NCBI GenBank assembly: GCA_046293175.1
Contig: JBKBPM010000001.1
Span: 4,484-68,483 of the forward strand
Source: Minisyncoccia bacterium
Lineage (GTDB): Bacteria > Patescibacteriota > Minisyncoccia > Phycocordibacterales > UBA918
Length of the DNA: 64,000 nt
Direction: 5' to 3'
Below the pieces are notes generated by a model. It ran no database searches and was not told the DNA's origin. It worked only from the letters and a program-made list of their open reading frames with translations. The position numbers and the translations under genes were made by a program. Numbering within the stretch: position 1 is the stretch's first letter; each line of letters begins with the position of its first letter. Shown piece by piece: positions 27,891 through 37,409 of the stretch.

Positions 27891-29786
27891 ATGACGCAGT
27901 TTGACCCAGAAAAAATCACCTTCTTTGCCAAAACCGACGCTCGGGGGAAAGTTATACCCTTTGGTATCAAAGCCCGTGACCGTCAGCGACACATGTACGT
28001 CATCGGGAAGACAGGTATGGGTAAGTCGACCTTGCTTGAAAATATGGCTGCCCAAGATATCCAAAGTGGGGAAGGGATGGCTTTTATCGACCCGCACGGT
28101 TCAGCCGCCGAAAAGCTCCTTGAGTATATTCCGGAACATCGAGTAAACGACGTCATCTATTTTGCGCCATTTGATCTTGATAATCCAGTCTCGTTTAACG
28201 TGATGGAAGACGTTGGTCCAGATAAACGTCATCTCGTAGTGTCCGGCCTCATGTCGACCTTCAAGAAGATATGGGTTGATGCCTGGAGTGCCCGTATGGA
28301 GTACATTCTTACCAACGCGCTTTTGGCCCTCATTGAGTACCCTGATACAACACTCCTGTCAGTCAACCGTCTGTTTTCAGATAAGCACTTCCGCAACCGC
28401 GTCGTTGACTACGTGAAGGATCCAGCCGTAAAAGCTTTTTGGGTGGAAGAATTTGCGGCATATACCGATCGTTTTGCGGCTGAAGCCTTGCCAGCGATTC
28501 AAAACAAAATCGGTCAGTTTACGGGGAACCCCCTCATTCGTAATATCATCGGCCAACCACACTCAAGTTTTGATATTCGTAAAATTATGGATGAGAAAAA
28601 GATTCTCATTATTAACCTCTCTAAGGGGTTGGTAGGAGATACTAATGCGAACCTGCTTGGGTCCATGCTTACTACCCGTATTTACCTCGCGGCCATGAGT
28701 CGCGCTGACCTACTACCGGCGGTGATGAAGACAATGCCAAACTTCTACTTCTACGTGGACGAGTTTCAATCGTTTGCGAACGCCACTTTTGCGAATATTC
28801 TCTCTGAAGCGCGTAAGTACCATCTCAACCTCATTATTGCGCACCAGTACATCGAACAGATGGAAGAGGATGTCCGTAATGCGGTCTTTGGTAACGTCGG
28901 AACGACGGTAGCGTTTCGCGTTGGGCCATTTGATGCGGAGGTGCTCGAGACCATCTTCACGCCACGGTTTTTGGCAGCGGACCTCGTGAATCTTGGTGCC
29001 TATCAGATTTATCTGACACTCATGATTGATGGGATTGGCTCGCAACCATTTTCGGCCGTGACCTTGCCCGAGATCCCACCGCCACGGATTTCGTGTCGAG
29101 ATATGGTGATAGCGGCGAGCCGCAAGAACTTTGCGACTCCGCGTCCGATTGTCGAAAAAATCATCACCGATCTGCATACGCCAGTTGAACCACCAGTTAA
29201 GCCACCAAAGCCTGATATACCAAAAAGCGACACTCACAAAGGTGAAGTGAAGTCGACAGGTGCTTCGAGTTCTGCAAGTAGTAGTACACCAAAGACTGAC
29301 AAACCGGTACCAACCGCACCAGCCCGAATCGACCGGCCAGCTCCAAAGCCAAAGCCAAAACCAACCAATCGCCCGGTAGGCTCTGAAGCTAAACCGAAGC
29401 CGACACCAACCCCAGTTCCAACGGTGACCGCCGATGGGCTCAAGGCTGTGCTCGCTCGTATTGCTGCTGCGACCAACGATACCAATGGCAAGAAAGGCGA
29501 AGATAAGCCCGCAGCAGCAACGTCAAAGGTTGAAGCAACGGCACCAGCTACTGATCATCGAAGTGCCTTGCGGTCGGTGCTTGGTTCTGTACTTGAAACA
29601 GCGTCAGCGCCACAAATGACGGTACCTGCTCCAGTCGAAAAACCTGAACCAAATCCACAGTCAACAGCACCAGCTTCAGCTCCAGTAGCTCCTGATACTG
29701 CCTATATATCTGATGCGGCTGAACCAGATATCAAAGTGCTCAAAAAAATCCTCAGGAATGATGCTAAGGTCAAATCTCCATTTTGA
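27891..29786 (+). CDS. VirD4/TraD/TrwB-like (type IV coupling protein superfamily) P-loop ATPase with long Pro/Lys/Thr/Ala-rich disordered C-terminal tail
   Basis: Walker A YVIGKTGMGKSTLL; Walker B FYFYVDEFQSF; ARKYHLNLIIAHQYIEQM downstream motif; C-terminal 200 aa low complexity (PKPKPKPT, PTPTPVPT). Confidence 0.55.
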   Translation: MTQFDPEKITFFAKTDARGKVIPFGIKARDRQRHMYVIGKTGMGKSTLLENMAAQDIQSGEGMAFIDPHGSAAEKLLEYIPEHRVNDVIYFAPFDLDNPVSFNVMEDVGPDKRHLVVSGLMSTFKKIWVDAWSARMEYILTNALLALIEYPDTTLLSVNRLFSDKHFRNRVVDYVKDPAVKAFWVEEFAAYTDRFAAEALPAIQNKIGQFTGNPLIRNIIGQPHSSFDIRKIMDEKKILIINLSKGLVGDTNANLLGSMLTTRIYLAAMSRADLLPAVMKTMPNFYFYVDEFQSFANATFANILSEARKYHLNLIIAHQYIEQMEEDVRNAVFGNVGTTVAFRVGPFDAEVLETIFTPRFLAADLVNLGAYQIYLTLMIDGIGSQPFSAVTLPEIPPPRISCRDMVIAASRKNFATPRPIVEKIITDLHTPVEPPVKPPKPDIPKSDTHKGEVKSTGASSSASSSTPKTDKPVPTAPARIDRPAPKPKPKPTNRPVGSEAKPKPTPTPVPTVTADGLKAVLARIAAATNDTNGKKGEDKPAAATSKVEATAPATDHRSALRSVLGSVLETASAPQMTVPAPVEKPEPNPQSTAPASAPVAPDTAYISDAAEPDIKVLKKILRNDAKVKSPF

Positions 29787-29822
29787 GAACCTAGGACATC
29801 GGATGTTCTAGGTTCTCAAAAC
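29786..29822. terminator. Near-perfect hairpin after ATPase gene
   Basis: ttttgagaacctaggacatcggatgttctaggttctcaaaac (15-bp stem, one mismatch). Confidence 0.6.
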
Positions 29823-29948
29823 ACGCTCTTGTCAGAGAGAGAAAGGTGAGTTGTTTTTTGCCCAAAATAACAAAACCCTCGCGACTATACACAGGTGTCC
29901 CTATCCGTGACCGACTGTGGTCAGAAGAGAGGAGTACAATATACTTAT

Positions 29949-30062
29949 ATGGCAAACAACGAGCAAAATTTTGACTTCGATTTACCAACTGTCGTAAGTA
30001 ACGCACCAGCCACACCACGAGTACATATTGGTGGGGATGTTTGTGTCGCTTGCGAAGGCTAA
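29949..30062 (+). CDS. 37-aa small ORF with double-Gly and two-Cys C-terminus (speculative small peptide)
   Basis: agaggag 14 nt upstream of ATG; MANNEQNFDFDLPTVVSNAPATPRVHIGGDVCVACEG; immediately followed by 46-bp perfect palindrome. Confidence 0.25.
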   Translation: MANNEQNFDFDLPTVVSNAPATPRVHIGGDVCVACEG

Positions 30063-30075
30063 TTATTACACTAGG

Positions 30076-30121
30076 TTGACAACACGGGCGGAAACCAAAT
30101 TTGGTTTCCGCCCGTGTTGTC
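30076..30121. promoter_or_regulatory. 46-bp perfect palindrome (23+23) between small ORF and epimerase-GT gene: terminator and/or operator
   Basis: tgacaacacgggcggaaaccaaatttggtttccgcccgtgttgtca followed by tattttgg; 37 bp upstream of ATG 30159. Confidence 0.7.
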
Positions 30122-30158
30122 ACTATTTTGGAGGTTTTCTGGTACTATAGAAGCGCAT

Positions 30159-31601
30159 ATGGCAAAACTGATTGTGGTGACCGGTGGGGCAGGGTTTGTA
30201 GGCTCACACCTCTGTGAGCGTTTGGTACATGATGGTCACCGGGTAATTTCCCTTGATAACTATTTCACCGGTAGTACGGCAAATCATGTAGAAGGGGTCG
30301 AGTACCGTACCGGTCACACCAAAGACATCGCTTCTCTTGTACCGGAAACACCAGATATTATTTTCCACCTCGGCGAATATGCTCGAACGGAGAAGAGTTT
30401 TGAAGATATTGAAATTGTCTTTGATCTCAACAAGACCGGCACCTTTGCGGTCCTTGAGTATGCCAGACGAACCAAGGCGAAGCTCATCTACGCCGGATCG
30501 TCGACTAAGTTTGCCGATGGCGGTAGCGGTCGCAATCAAAGCCCGTACGCCTGGAGTAAGGCGACTAACACGGAACTGGTAGAAAATTATGCAGAGTGGT
30601 TTGGTCTCAATTACGCCATCACGTATTTCTACAATGTGTATGGTCCACGCGAGATGAGTGGGGCGTATGGTACCCTCATTAAAATCTTTAGTGACCTCTA
30701 CAAGAGCGGGCAGCCATTGACCGTCACGGCACCCGGTACCCAGACCCGCAACTTTACCCATGTCGAAGATATCGTGAATGGTCTTGTGCTCGTCGGTGAA
30801 AAGGGTCAAGGGGATGGTTACGGTATCGGCGCAGACGAGATGTACGGTGTACTAGAGGTAGCCAACATGTTTGGTGGTGAGATAATCATGCTGCCTGAGC
30901 GCAAGGGTAATCGGCTCCAAGGTGGTGTCGATAATGCACAAGTAAAGGCGCTTGGCTGGCAGCAAAAGCATCGCTTGCCAGACTGGATTGAAGCCGTGAA
31001 GAAAGAAGTCGGGGCGGTAGTGCCACAAGAACAGCGCATCTTGGTTTTTTCGACTACCTTCTACCCACACGCCGGTCCAGCCGAGCATGCGCTCTGCGAT
31101 CTGATGCGCGCCTTACCACACGTGCAGTTTGATGTGGTCACCACAAAGTTCTCCAAAGACACGATGGGGGATGCCTGCGATATTCCAAATGTCACCCTCT
31201 ACCGGGTTGGGGTCGGGCGGCCACTAGACAAGTACCTCCTCCCGCTCGCGGGGGCAAGGATAGCGAGCCGTTTACGCCGCCAGCACTCGTATATGTTTAA
31301 GTGGTCACTGTTTGCGAGTTACGGTGCACTCGCATCCCTCTTATCCTTTGGGCCACATATCCCGCACCTCATTACGCTTGCTGATCAGAAGCTCGGAAAT
31401 ATTCCCTGGTTTACTCGTGTGGTACTAAGGCATGTGCTTGGCACTGCAGACCAGGTCTACGCTATGGATACCTATGAAGCGAAGAGTGCGGTCTCGCTTG
31501 CGAAGCGTACCACCCTTGTCCGCTCGATTGGTCAAGGTGATGCCTTCGCAAACCAGCTCCGCGTCGCCTATGGTAACTATCTTCGTGCGCGGATAAAGTA
31601 A
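30159..31601 (+). CDS. Fusion: UDP-glucuronate decarboxylase (UDP-xylose synthase)-like SDR with a GT4 N-terminal-domain-only module
   Basis: LIVVTGGAGFVGSHL, DNYFTG, YAWSK, FYNVYGPRE (UXS-like) over aa 1-310; then ILVFSTTFYPHAGPAEHAL...FDVVTTKF paralogous to N-terminus of next gene. Confidence 0.65.
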   Translation: MAKLIVVTGGAGFVGSHLCERLVHDGHRVISLDNYFTGSTANHVEGVEYRTGHTKDIASLVPETPDIIFHLGEYARTEKSFEDIEIVFDLNKTGTFAVLEYARRTKAKLIYAGSSTKFADGGSGRNQSPYAWSKATNTELVENYAEWFGLNYAITYFYNVYGPREMSGAYGTLIKIFSDLYKSGQPLTVTAPGTQTRNFTHVEDIVNGLVLVGEKGQGDGYGIGADEMYGVLEVANMFGGEIIMLPERKGNRLQGGVDNAQVKALGWQQKHRLPDWIEAVKKEVGAVVPQEQRILVFSTTFYPHAGPAEHALCDLMRALPHVQFDVVTTKFSKDTMGDACDIPNVTLYRVGVGRPLDKYLLPLAGARIASRLRRQHSYMFKWSLFASYGALASLLSFGPHIPHLITLADQKLGNIPWFTRVVLRHVLGTADQVYAMDTYEAKSAVSLAKRTTLVRSIGQGDAFANQLRVAYGNYLRARIK

Positions 31602-31603
31602 TT

Positions 31604-32812
31604 ATGAAAAGGAAAATTCTTATCTTTTCGCTTGGATACTACCCAAAGCACATCGGAGGCGCTGAGGTCGCCATCAAAGAAATTACCGACCGACTCTCAC
31701 CAGAGGAATACGAATTTCATGTGCTCTGTAATCGGTACGATAGTACCTTGCCAAAGGAAGAACACATTGGGAACGTGATGGTGCATCGCATTGGTCTCAC
31801 AAAGAAAAATCCGACCATGGGAGATTTGCGGAAGCTTCCACTCCATCTCAACAAAATCATCTACCAATTTTCGGCTTACTATACCGCGAAGCGTCTCCAC
31901 AAGCATTATCACTTTGATGCGATTTGGGCGATGATGGCACATAGTTGTGGAGTGCCAGCGGGGATGTTCAAAAAACGGTTCCCGGGGGTACCGTATGTGC
32001 TGACGCTCCAAGAAGGCGATCCACCAGAGTACATCGAGCAAAAAATGAAAATATTTGGCAAGCTCTTCCCGGAGGGATTTTCTCGGGCTGATGTCATTCA
32101 ATCTATTTCGACCTTTCTCCAGGGCTGGGCACTCCATATGGGCTTTCGTGGTAAGCAAGTGATTATCCCAAATGCGGTTGATACGAAGAAGTTTATGGTG
32201 GAGCTTTCAGCTGAACGACGACAAGAACTACGACAAGAATTAGGTCTCGCTGAAAACGATATCGTTCTCGTCACCACTTCACGCCTGGTGCATAAAAACG
32301 CGGTAGATGACGTGATCAAAGCGATGGCACTTTTGCCAGCTGAGGTGAAGTTTATTGTCTTTGGCATTGGGCCAGACGAAGACAAACTCAAGTCCTTGAT
32401 TGCTGACCTCAAGCTTGGTGATCGGGTTTCGCTCCGCGGTCAGATTGGTCACGATGTGATGCCAAGCTACCTCAAGGCCTGCGATATCTTTATTCGACCG
32501 TCACGCAGTGAGGGGATGGGGAACTCATTTGTAGAAGCCATGGCGGCTGAGCTACCGGTGATTGCAACTCAAGAGGGTGGTATTGCCGATTTTCTATTTG
32601 ACCGAAACCTCAATCCGGATAAAGAGACGACCGGCTTTGCCGTCCGCAAAGATAATCCCGAAGATATTGCGACTGCTGTGCGTGAGATTATGGCCAACCC
32701 GGAATTTGTTGCCGACGTGGTGGCGACCGCCAAAGCCATGGCCATTCGTGATTATGATTGGGATATTATAGCCAAGCGGATGCATGATGAAGTTTTCCAA
32801 CCATTGTGGTAG
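31604..32812 (+). CDS. GT4 glycosyltransferase
   Basis: ILIFSLGYYPKHIGGAEVAIKEI N-domain; C-domain FIRPSRSEGMGNSFVEAMAAELPVIATQEGGIADF. Confidence 0.8.
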   Translation: MKRKILIFSLGYYPKHIGGAEVAIKEITDRLSPEEYEFHVLCNRYDSTLPKEEHIGNVMVHRIGLTKKNPTMGDLRKLPLHLNKIIYQFSAYYTAKRLHKHYHFDAIWAMMAHSCGVPAGMFKKRFPGVPYVLTLQEGDPPEYIEQKMKIFGKLFPEGFSRADVIQSISTFLQGWALHMGFRGKQVIIPNAVDTKKFMVELSAERRQELRQELGLAENDIVLVTTSRLVHKNAVDDVIKAMALLPAEVKFIVFGIGPDEDKLKSLIADLKLGDRVSLRGQIGHDVMPSYLKACDIFIRPSRSEGMGNSFVEAMAAELPVIATQEGGIADFLFDRNLNPDKETTGFAVRKDNPEDIATAVREIMANPEFVADVVATAKAMAIRDYDWDIIAKRMHDEVFQPLW

Positions 32813-33071
32813 GTGAGTTCGTCCAAAAATCCTTCAGACTTTGTTGCGCTACACTCAGAAACACTCATCGTTAGAAAGTCTGGGAGAATTTCGCAAGAGG
32901 TTGCCAGCTATTTTGAAAAAAGCGACAACCTGTACAGCTTCTGTAAGAAGTGTCTATATACGCTTCATACTTCCTCACTCGCGCTTCGCGTCTATGGAGC
33001 TTCTGAGACCATACTCTTTAGATTTCTGAGGGATTTTTGGCAGGCGTTAATCGTGATATAGTAGAATTCTT

Positions 33072-34199
33072 ATGAAGATTCTATTGGCGGCCGGACTATA
33101 TCCACCAGATATTGGTGGGCCGGCCCGCTATGCTGAGATGATAGCGACGAGACTACCAGCAGAAGGAATGGCGGTTACGGTGGTGCCGTATCGAGAGGTG
33201 CGGAGTGTTCCAAAAATCTTTCGGCATCTCGCCTATACCTGGCGACTGTGGCGTGCCAGTCGGGGCGTATCTGTAGTCTACGCGCTTGATCCAATCAGTG
33301 TTGGGGTGCCAGCAGCAATCGTGTCCTTCCTCCGCGGGCTACCACTGGTGGTCCGACTTGGTGGCGACTACGCGTGGGAGCAAGGAGTCCAGCGTTTTGG
33401 TGTGACTAAGACGCTTGATGCCTATACAAAAGACCCGCATCAGGTCAGATTGCCCGTGCGGATACTAGCCGGGATACAAGCACAGGTGGTGAGGCGGGCT
33501 AAAGCGGTAGTGGTCCCAAGCCAGTACCTCAAAGGGGTTGTGGCGACCTGGGGTGTTGCGCCCTCGCGACTACATGTCATCTACAGTGCGCATACGGTTG
33601 AGCCACTCAAAGACAGCCGCAATGATCTGCGAGCCCAATTAGGTTTTGCCGATCAAACTATCGTGAGCATTAGTCGCCTCACACCATGGAAAGGCATGAG
33701 TGCGCTCCTTGATATGATGGTGGAGCGAAAAGCACGCGGTGACGCAACCAAACTCGTCATTGGTGGAGATGGGCCTGAGCGGGCACCGCTTGAAGCAAAA
33801 ATAAAAACCCTGGGACTTGAGTCGTCTGTGCGGATGGTTGGGGCATTGTCGTTTACTGACGTCTTTCGATATGTGACTGCTGCGGATGTGTTTGTGCTTA
33901 ATACCGCGTACGAAGGACTATCACATCATCTCATTGAAGCACTTGCGCTTGGGACACCGGTCGTGACCACACCGGTTGGCGGGAATCCCGAATTGATCAC
34001 TGATGGGGTGGAGGGACTCTTGGTAGGGGTAAATGACGTGTCGGCCCTTGATACAGCGATTGAAAAAATCCTCACTGATAGTGCCTTGCGAGACAGGCTC
34101 GTTGCCGCCGGTCAAAAGAAGGCAGCCCAGTTTGCGGCGGCAGATGCGATTATGCCTATCAAACAACTTTTGGAGCGTATAATCAGTACTAAGGCATAA
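33072..34199 (+). CDS. GT4 glycosyltransferase
   Basis: ILLAAGLYPPDIGGPARYA; C-domain VLNTAYEGLSHHLIEALALGTPVVTTPVGGNPELI. Confidence 0.8.
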   Translation: MKILLAAGLYPPDIGGPARYAEMIATRLPAEGMAVTVVPYREVRSVPKIFRHLAYTWRLWRASRGVSVVYALDPISVGVPAAIVSFLRGLPLVVRLGGDYAWEQGVQRFGVTKTLDAYTKDPHQVRLPVRILAGIQAQVVRRAKAVVVPSQYLKGVVATWGVAPSRLHVIYSAHTVEPLKDSRNDLRAQLGFADQTIVSISRLTPWKGMSALLDMMVERKARGDATKLVIGGDGPERAPLEAKIKTLGLESSVRMVGALSFTDVFRYVTAADVFVLNTAYEGLSHHLIEALALGTPVVTTPVGGNPELITDGVEGLLVGVNDVSALDTAIEKILTDSALRDRLVAAGQKKAAQFAAADAIMPIKQLLERIISTKA

Positions 34200-34207
34200 C
34201 CTCTTAT

Positions 34208-35353
34208 ATGCATGTAGTCTCTCTCGGCCACGATACAAAGATATTTGACTCGACCTCGCGGCCGTACGGGAGGCAAGTGGCCTATGCCAAAAAAGCCGGG
34301 CAGCTCTCGATGTTGATTCCGACCCATACATCCTATCCCACGGTGACGACAGAGGGTTTTGTGGTTGAGGCAGTGGCCGCCCGTCTCGCACCGGTATGCT
34401 TCATAAAGCTCCTCGTCAGGACGCTACAAGTGGTCTCTCATGCCAAAAAGAATGAGAAGGTGGTCCTCACCGTTCAAAGCCCGTTTGAGCTTGGATTGAT
34501 TGGACTTATTGTTTCAAGGTGGGGTCGTGTACCACTGGAGGTTCAGGTTCATGGTGATTTTTACAGTCGGGAGTATTGGCGTCTCGAATCGCGCGGTAAC
34601 CGCATCCGCTATCAGCTTGGGTTGTTTGTGCTGCGCAGAGCCAATCGGGTGCGAGTAGTAGGGGAGCGGATCCGAACGTCACTCGTTAGTCGCAAAGTGG
34701 CGCGAGAGAAGATTACTGTCTTGCCAATTCAGACGGCACTCACTTCATTTTTGGAAGCTTCACCCCGACCACTCTGGCCAGACACCAATCGACTCACGAT
34801 TATTTCGGTCGCCCGCTTCTCACGTGAGAAAAATCTTTCCATGTTGCTACAGGCTTTTAAGTCTGTTAATCAGGTACATTCTGATACACAGTTGGTGCTC
34901 GTTGGTGAAGGCGGAGAAGAGAAAAAACTCCGGGCAGAGATTGCCGCTCTTTGGCCGAATCATGATGCTCCAGTACTTATATACCCGTGGCAGTCAGATG
35001 TGGCGGCCGTTATGAAAGCGGCAGATATCTTTGTCCTCACCTCTGACTACGAAGGGTATGCGATGGTGCTTGGTGAAGCTATGGCGGCGGGTCTACCGAT
35101 TGTGACGACAGACGTCGGATGTGTCGGTGAACTTTGTCTCCCCGATGTGCATGCACTGGTGGTACCACCGCGTGATGAAGCCTCATTGGCTGCTGCACTC
35201 ACCACCTTGGCGACTGATACTGATCTGCGTACACGTATAGCAGCAGCTGGGATGGTGACGGTAAGGTCGATGGAACAAAGTGACGAGGTATACACCAGTC
35301 AGATTGTCGCTGGTTGGAGTAGCCTTGTGAAGTTGGAAAGAAAAGGACCCTGA
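34208..35353 (+). CDS. GT4 glycosyltransferase
   Basis: VLTSDYEGYAMVLGEAMAAGLPIVTTDVGCVGEL C-domain. Confidence 0.75.
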   Translation: MHVVSLGHDTKIFDSTSRPYGRQVAYAKKAGQLSMLIPTHTSYPTVTTEGFVVEAVAARLAPVCFIKLLVRTLQVVSHAKKNEKVVLTVQSPFELGLIGLIVSRWGRVPLEVQVHGDFYSREYWRLESRGNRIRYQLGLFVLRRANRVRVVGERIRTSLVSRKVAREKITVLPIQTALTSFLEASPRPLWPDTNRLTIISVARFSREKNLSMLLQAFKSVNQVHSDTQLVLVGEGGEEKKLRAEIAALWPNHDAPVLIYPWQSDVAAVMKAADIFVLTSDYEGYAMVLGEAMAAGLPIVTTDVGCVGELCLPDVHALVVPPRDEASLAAALTTLATDTDLRTRIAAAGMVTVRSMEQSDEVYTSQIVAGWSSLVKLERKGP

Positions 35354-35431
35354 CGGGACGAAACCCGGCAGGGGACTTTTTGTTGTGATGTCTATATAAT
35401 AGCAATATCTGTTGTGTTGTTAAGATTCAAC

Positions 35432-36481
35432 ATGAAAAAGAAACTCCTCATCATCACGCAGGTTGTTGATACCAAGCATCCAATCTTGGGCTTTTTTCAT
35501 GGTTGGATTGAGGAATTTGCAAAGCAGTGTGAGCAGGTTCACGTGATTGCTCTACAAGTCGGAATACACAATCTTCCGAGTAATGTGACTGTACACTCCC
35601 TTGGTAAAGAAGCGGGCGAGAGTCGTCTTAAATATCTGTGGCGATTTTATCGAACAATTTATACACTCCGGCATGAGTACGACGCGGTGTTTGTGCATAT
35701 GAATCAGGTGTACGTGATTTTGGGTGGACTCCTCTGGCGACTTTGGGGCAAGCAAATTGGTCTTTGGTATGCGCATGGCGCGGTTTCACTTTCGCTGCGA
35801 GTGGCGACGTGGCTCACCCATATTGTTTTCACCTCCACCCCACAGGGCTTTCGTATAAAATCCCCTAAGGTGGTAGTGACCGGGCAGGGGATTGATATGA
35901 GCCGCTTTCGGTATGTCCCGCGTACAGAGTTTTCAATGTTGCGCCTTTTGGTTGTCGGACGGATTGCCGAATCAAAGGGCATCAAGACGCTCCTTGAAGC
36001 GTGTCACCGGCTTAAAGAATCAGGTATACCATTTTTGTTTACGATTGTCGGAGCGGCGACAACCGAGACGGAACGGCAGTATGAAGCTACGCTCCACGAG
36101 TACTGCAAAAACAACGGACTTGAGTCGCAGGTAATTTGGCATGGCGGTGTAGCTCAGACAGAACTACCAGCTCTCCTTGCCGCCACCGATATTTTTATTC
36201 ACGACGGTGCCACTAACAGTCTTGATAAGGTACTGGTCGAGGCGGTGGCTTGTGGGGTGCCAGTGATTTCCTCAAATCCTTCGTACCGCTACATCATGGG
36301 GGAGAACGAATGGCCCATCTTTTTTCCGCCGCGTGATAGTGTCTCTCTCGCTACAAAAATCACTGAGCTTGCGAACCGATCCCTGTTTGACAAGAACGAG
36401 TTTACACGAGCTACTGCCGCAAAAGTGCAACAGGAGCATAGTCTTTCAAATTTGATTGCAAAGATTTTGGATAGTTATTAA
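35432..36481 (+). CDS. GT4 glycosyltransferase (start at MKKKLLII)
   Basis: FIHDGATNSLDKVLVEAVACGVPVISSNPSYRYIMG C-domain. Confidence 0.75.
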   Translation: MKKKLLIITQVVDTKHPILGFFHGWIEEFAKQCEQVHVIALQVGIHNLPSNVTVHSLGKEAGESRLKYLWRFYRTIYTLRHEYDAVFVHMNQVYVILGGLLWRLWGKQIGLWYAHGAVSLSLRVATWLTHIVFTSTPQGFRIKSPKVVVTGQGIDMSRFRYVPRTEFSMLRLLVVGRIAESKGIKTLLEACHRLKESGIPFLFTIVGAATTETERQYEATLHEYCKNNGLESQVIWHGGVAQTELPALLAATDIFIHDGATNSLDKVLVEAVACGVPVISSNPSYRYIMGENEWPIFFPPRDSVSLATKITELANRSLFDKNEFTRATAAKVQQEHSLSNLIAKILDSY

Positions 36482-36533
36482 TAGACTTTGATTTCGTTGA
36501 TTATACAGATTTATTCATTGTGGAATTTATGTA

Positions 36534-36542
36534 GGGGGGGGG
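36534..36542. repeat. G9 homopolymeric tract about 50 bp upstream of secreted-protein gene (candidate slipped-strand phase-variation site)
   Basis: atgtagggggggggtagaatagg; longest G/C homopolymer seen in the window, in a promoter-proximal position. Confidence 0.8.
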
Positions 36543-36593
36543 TAGAATAGGATTATTATAATGATGTAAAAGTTATTAGATTATCTTTACCCT

Positions 36594-37286
36594 ATGAAGA
36601 ATGTATTAATAATATTTTGTTTCTTCTTTCTATTCATAAATCATGTAAGCGCAGAGACGGTAACCATTTATGGTTCAACCGGCGATGGCCATCTTGGCAC
36701 ACCTTGGGGTGTAAATGATTGGACAGGTCAGCGAATGGCAACAACTGGTAGAGATGTAGATTACACCGGTTCGCAAGTCGAGGTACTTTCATTTATCGGT
36801 AGTCCATCTACTTGGACTTCAATTTACCGCGGATTTCTAGTGTTTGATACTTCCGTGATACCAGATAATGCTGAAATCATCAGTGCCTCAACGAGTATAT
36901 ACACTAATGTTGTGCATAATGATGATAACGATACATATGCATATATGGGCTTGTATCAAGGAATGCAAAACTCTACGAGCAGTATCGATGTTGGTGATAT
37001 TGATCAATGCTCAGATTCCCTGAACAGCCCAACTGCAGGTGCTGCAACAATTGATATAGACAATTTTTCAGTCAATACATATAGCACTTTTGGTCTAAAT
37101 TCAACTGGAAAAAGTTGGATAGACAAAGCGGGTTATACAAAACTTTGTTTCCGGGAAGGTCATGACGCGGGTAATGATCAAATTTCTGGTGGACAGTATA
37201 CCTATTCGGGTTTCAGATTTAGATCAGCTGAAGCTGCAGGAACCAGCACGGATCCGTATATGAAGATAGAGTACATACTTCCTTAG
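36594..37286 (+). CDS. Secreted protein of unknown function (low-GC sub-island)
   Basis: Signal peptide MKNVLIIFCFFFLFINHVSA; about 40% GC vs about 50% in neighbours; terminator aaaacacccttatgtaagggtgtttt at 37305-37330. Confidence 0.5.
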   Translation: MKNVLIIFCFFFLFINHVSAETVTIYGSTGDGHLGTPWGVNDWTGQRMATTGRDVDYTGSQVEVLSFIGSPSTWTSIYRGFLVFDTSVIPDNAEIISASTSIYTNVVHNDDNDTYAYMGLYQGMQNSTSSIDVGDIDQCSDSLNSPTAGAATIDIDNFSVNTYSTFGLNSTGKSWIDKAGYTKLCFREGHDAGNDQISGGQYTYSGFRFRSAEAAGTSTDPYMKIEYILP

Positions 37287-37409
37287 ATAAATAAAATTAT
37301 ATTTAAAACACCCTTATGTAAGGGTGTTTTAAATAAATTTCATCATGCCACTAGACAAAACCTAGCAGGCAACTTTAAAAATTGTTACTATACAAAGAAT
37401 AAATTCAGT

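Noticed and set aside
29949-30062. Lanthipeptide or RiPP precursor interpretation of the 37-aa sORF
   Set aside because: The putative core has no Ser/Thr. No LanB/LanC/LanM, YcaO, radical-SAM or C39-ABC transporter genes are nearby. It is kept only as a low-confidence sORF.
29791-30123. 110-aa minus-strand ORF spanning the 46-bp palindrome
   Set aside because: It runs antisense across terminator hairpins and the palindrome and has no SD or promoter context, so it is judged spurious.
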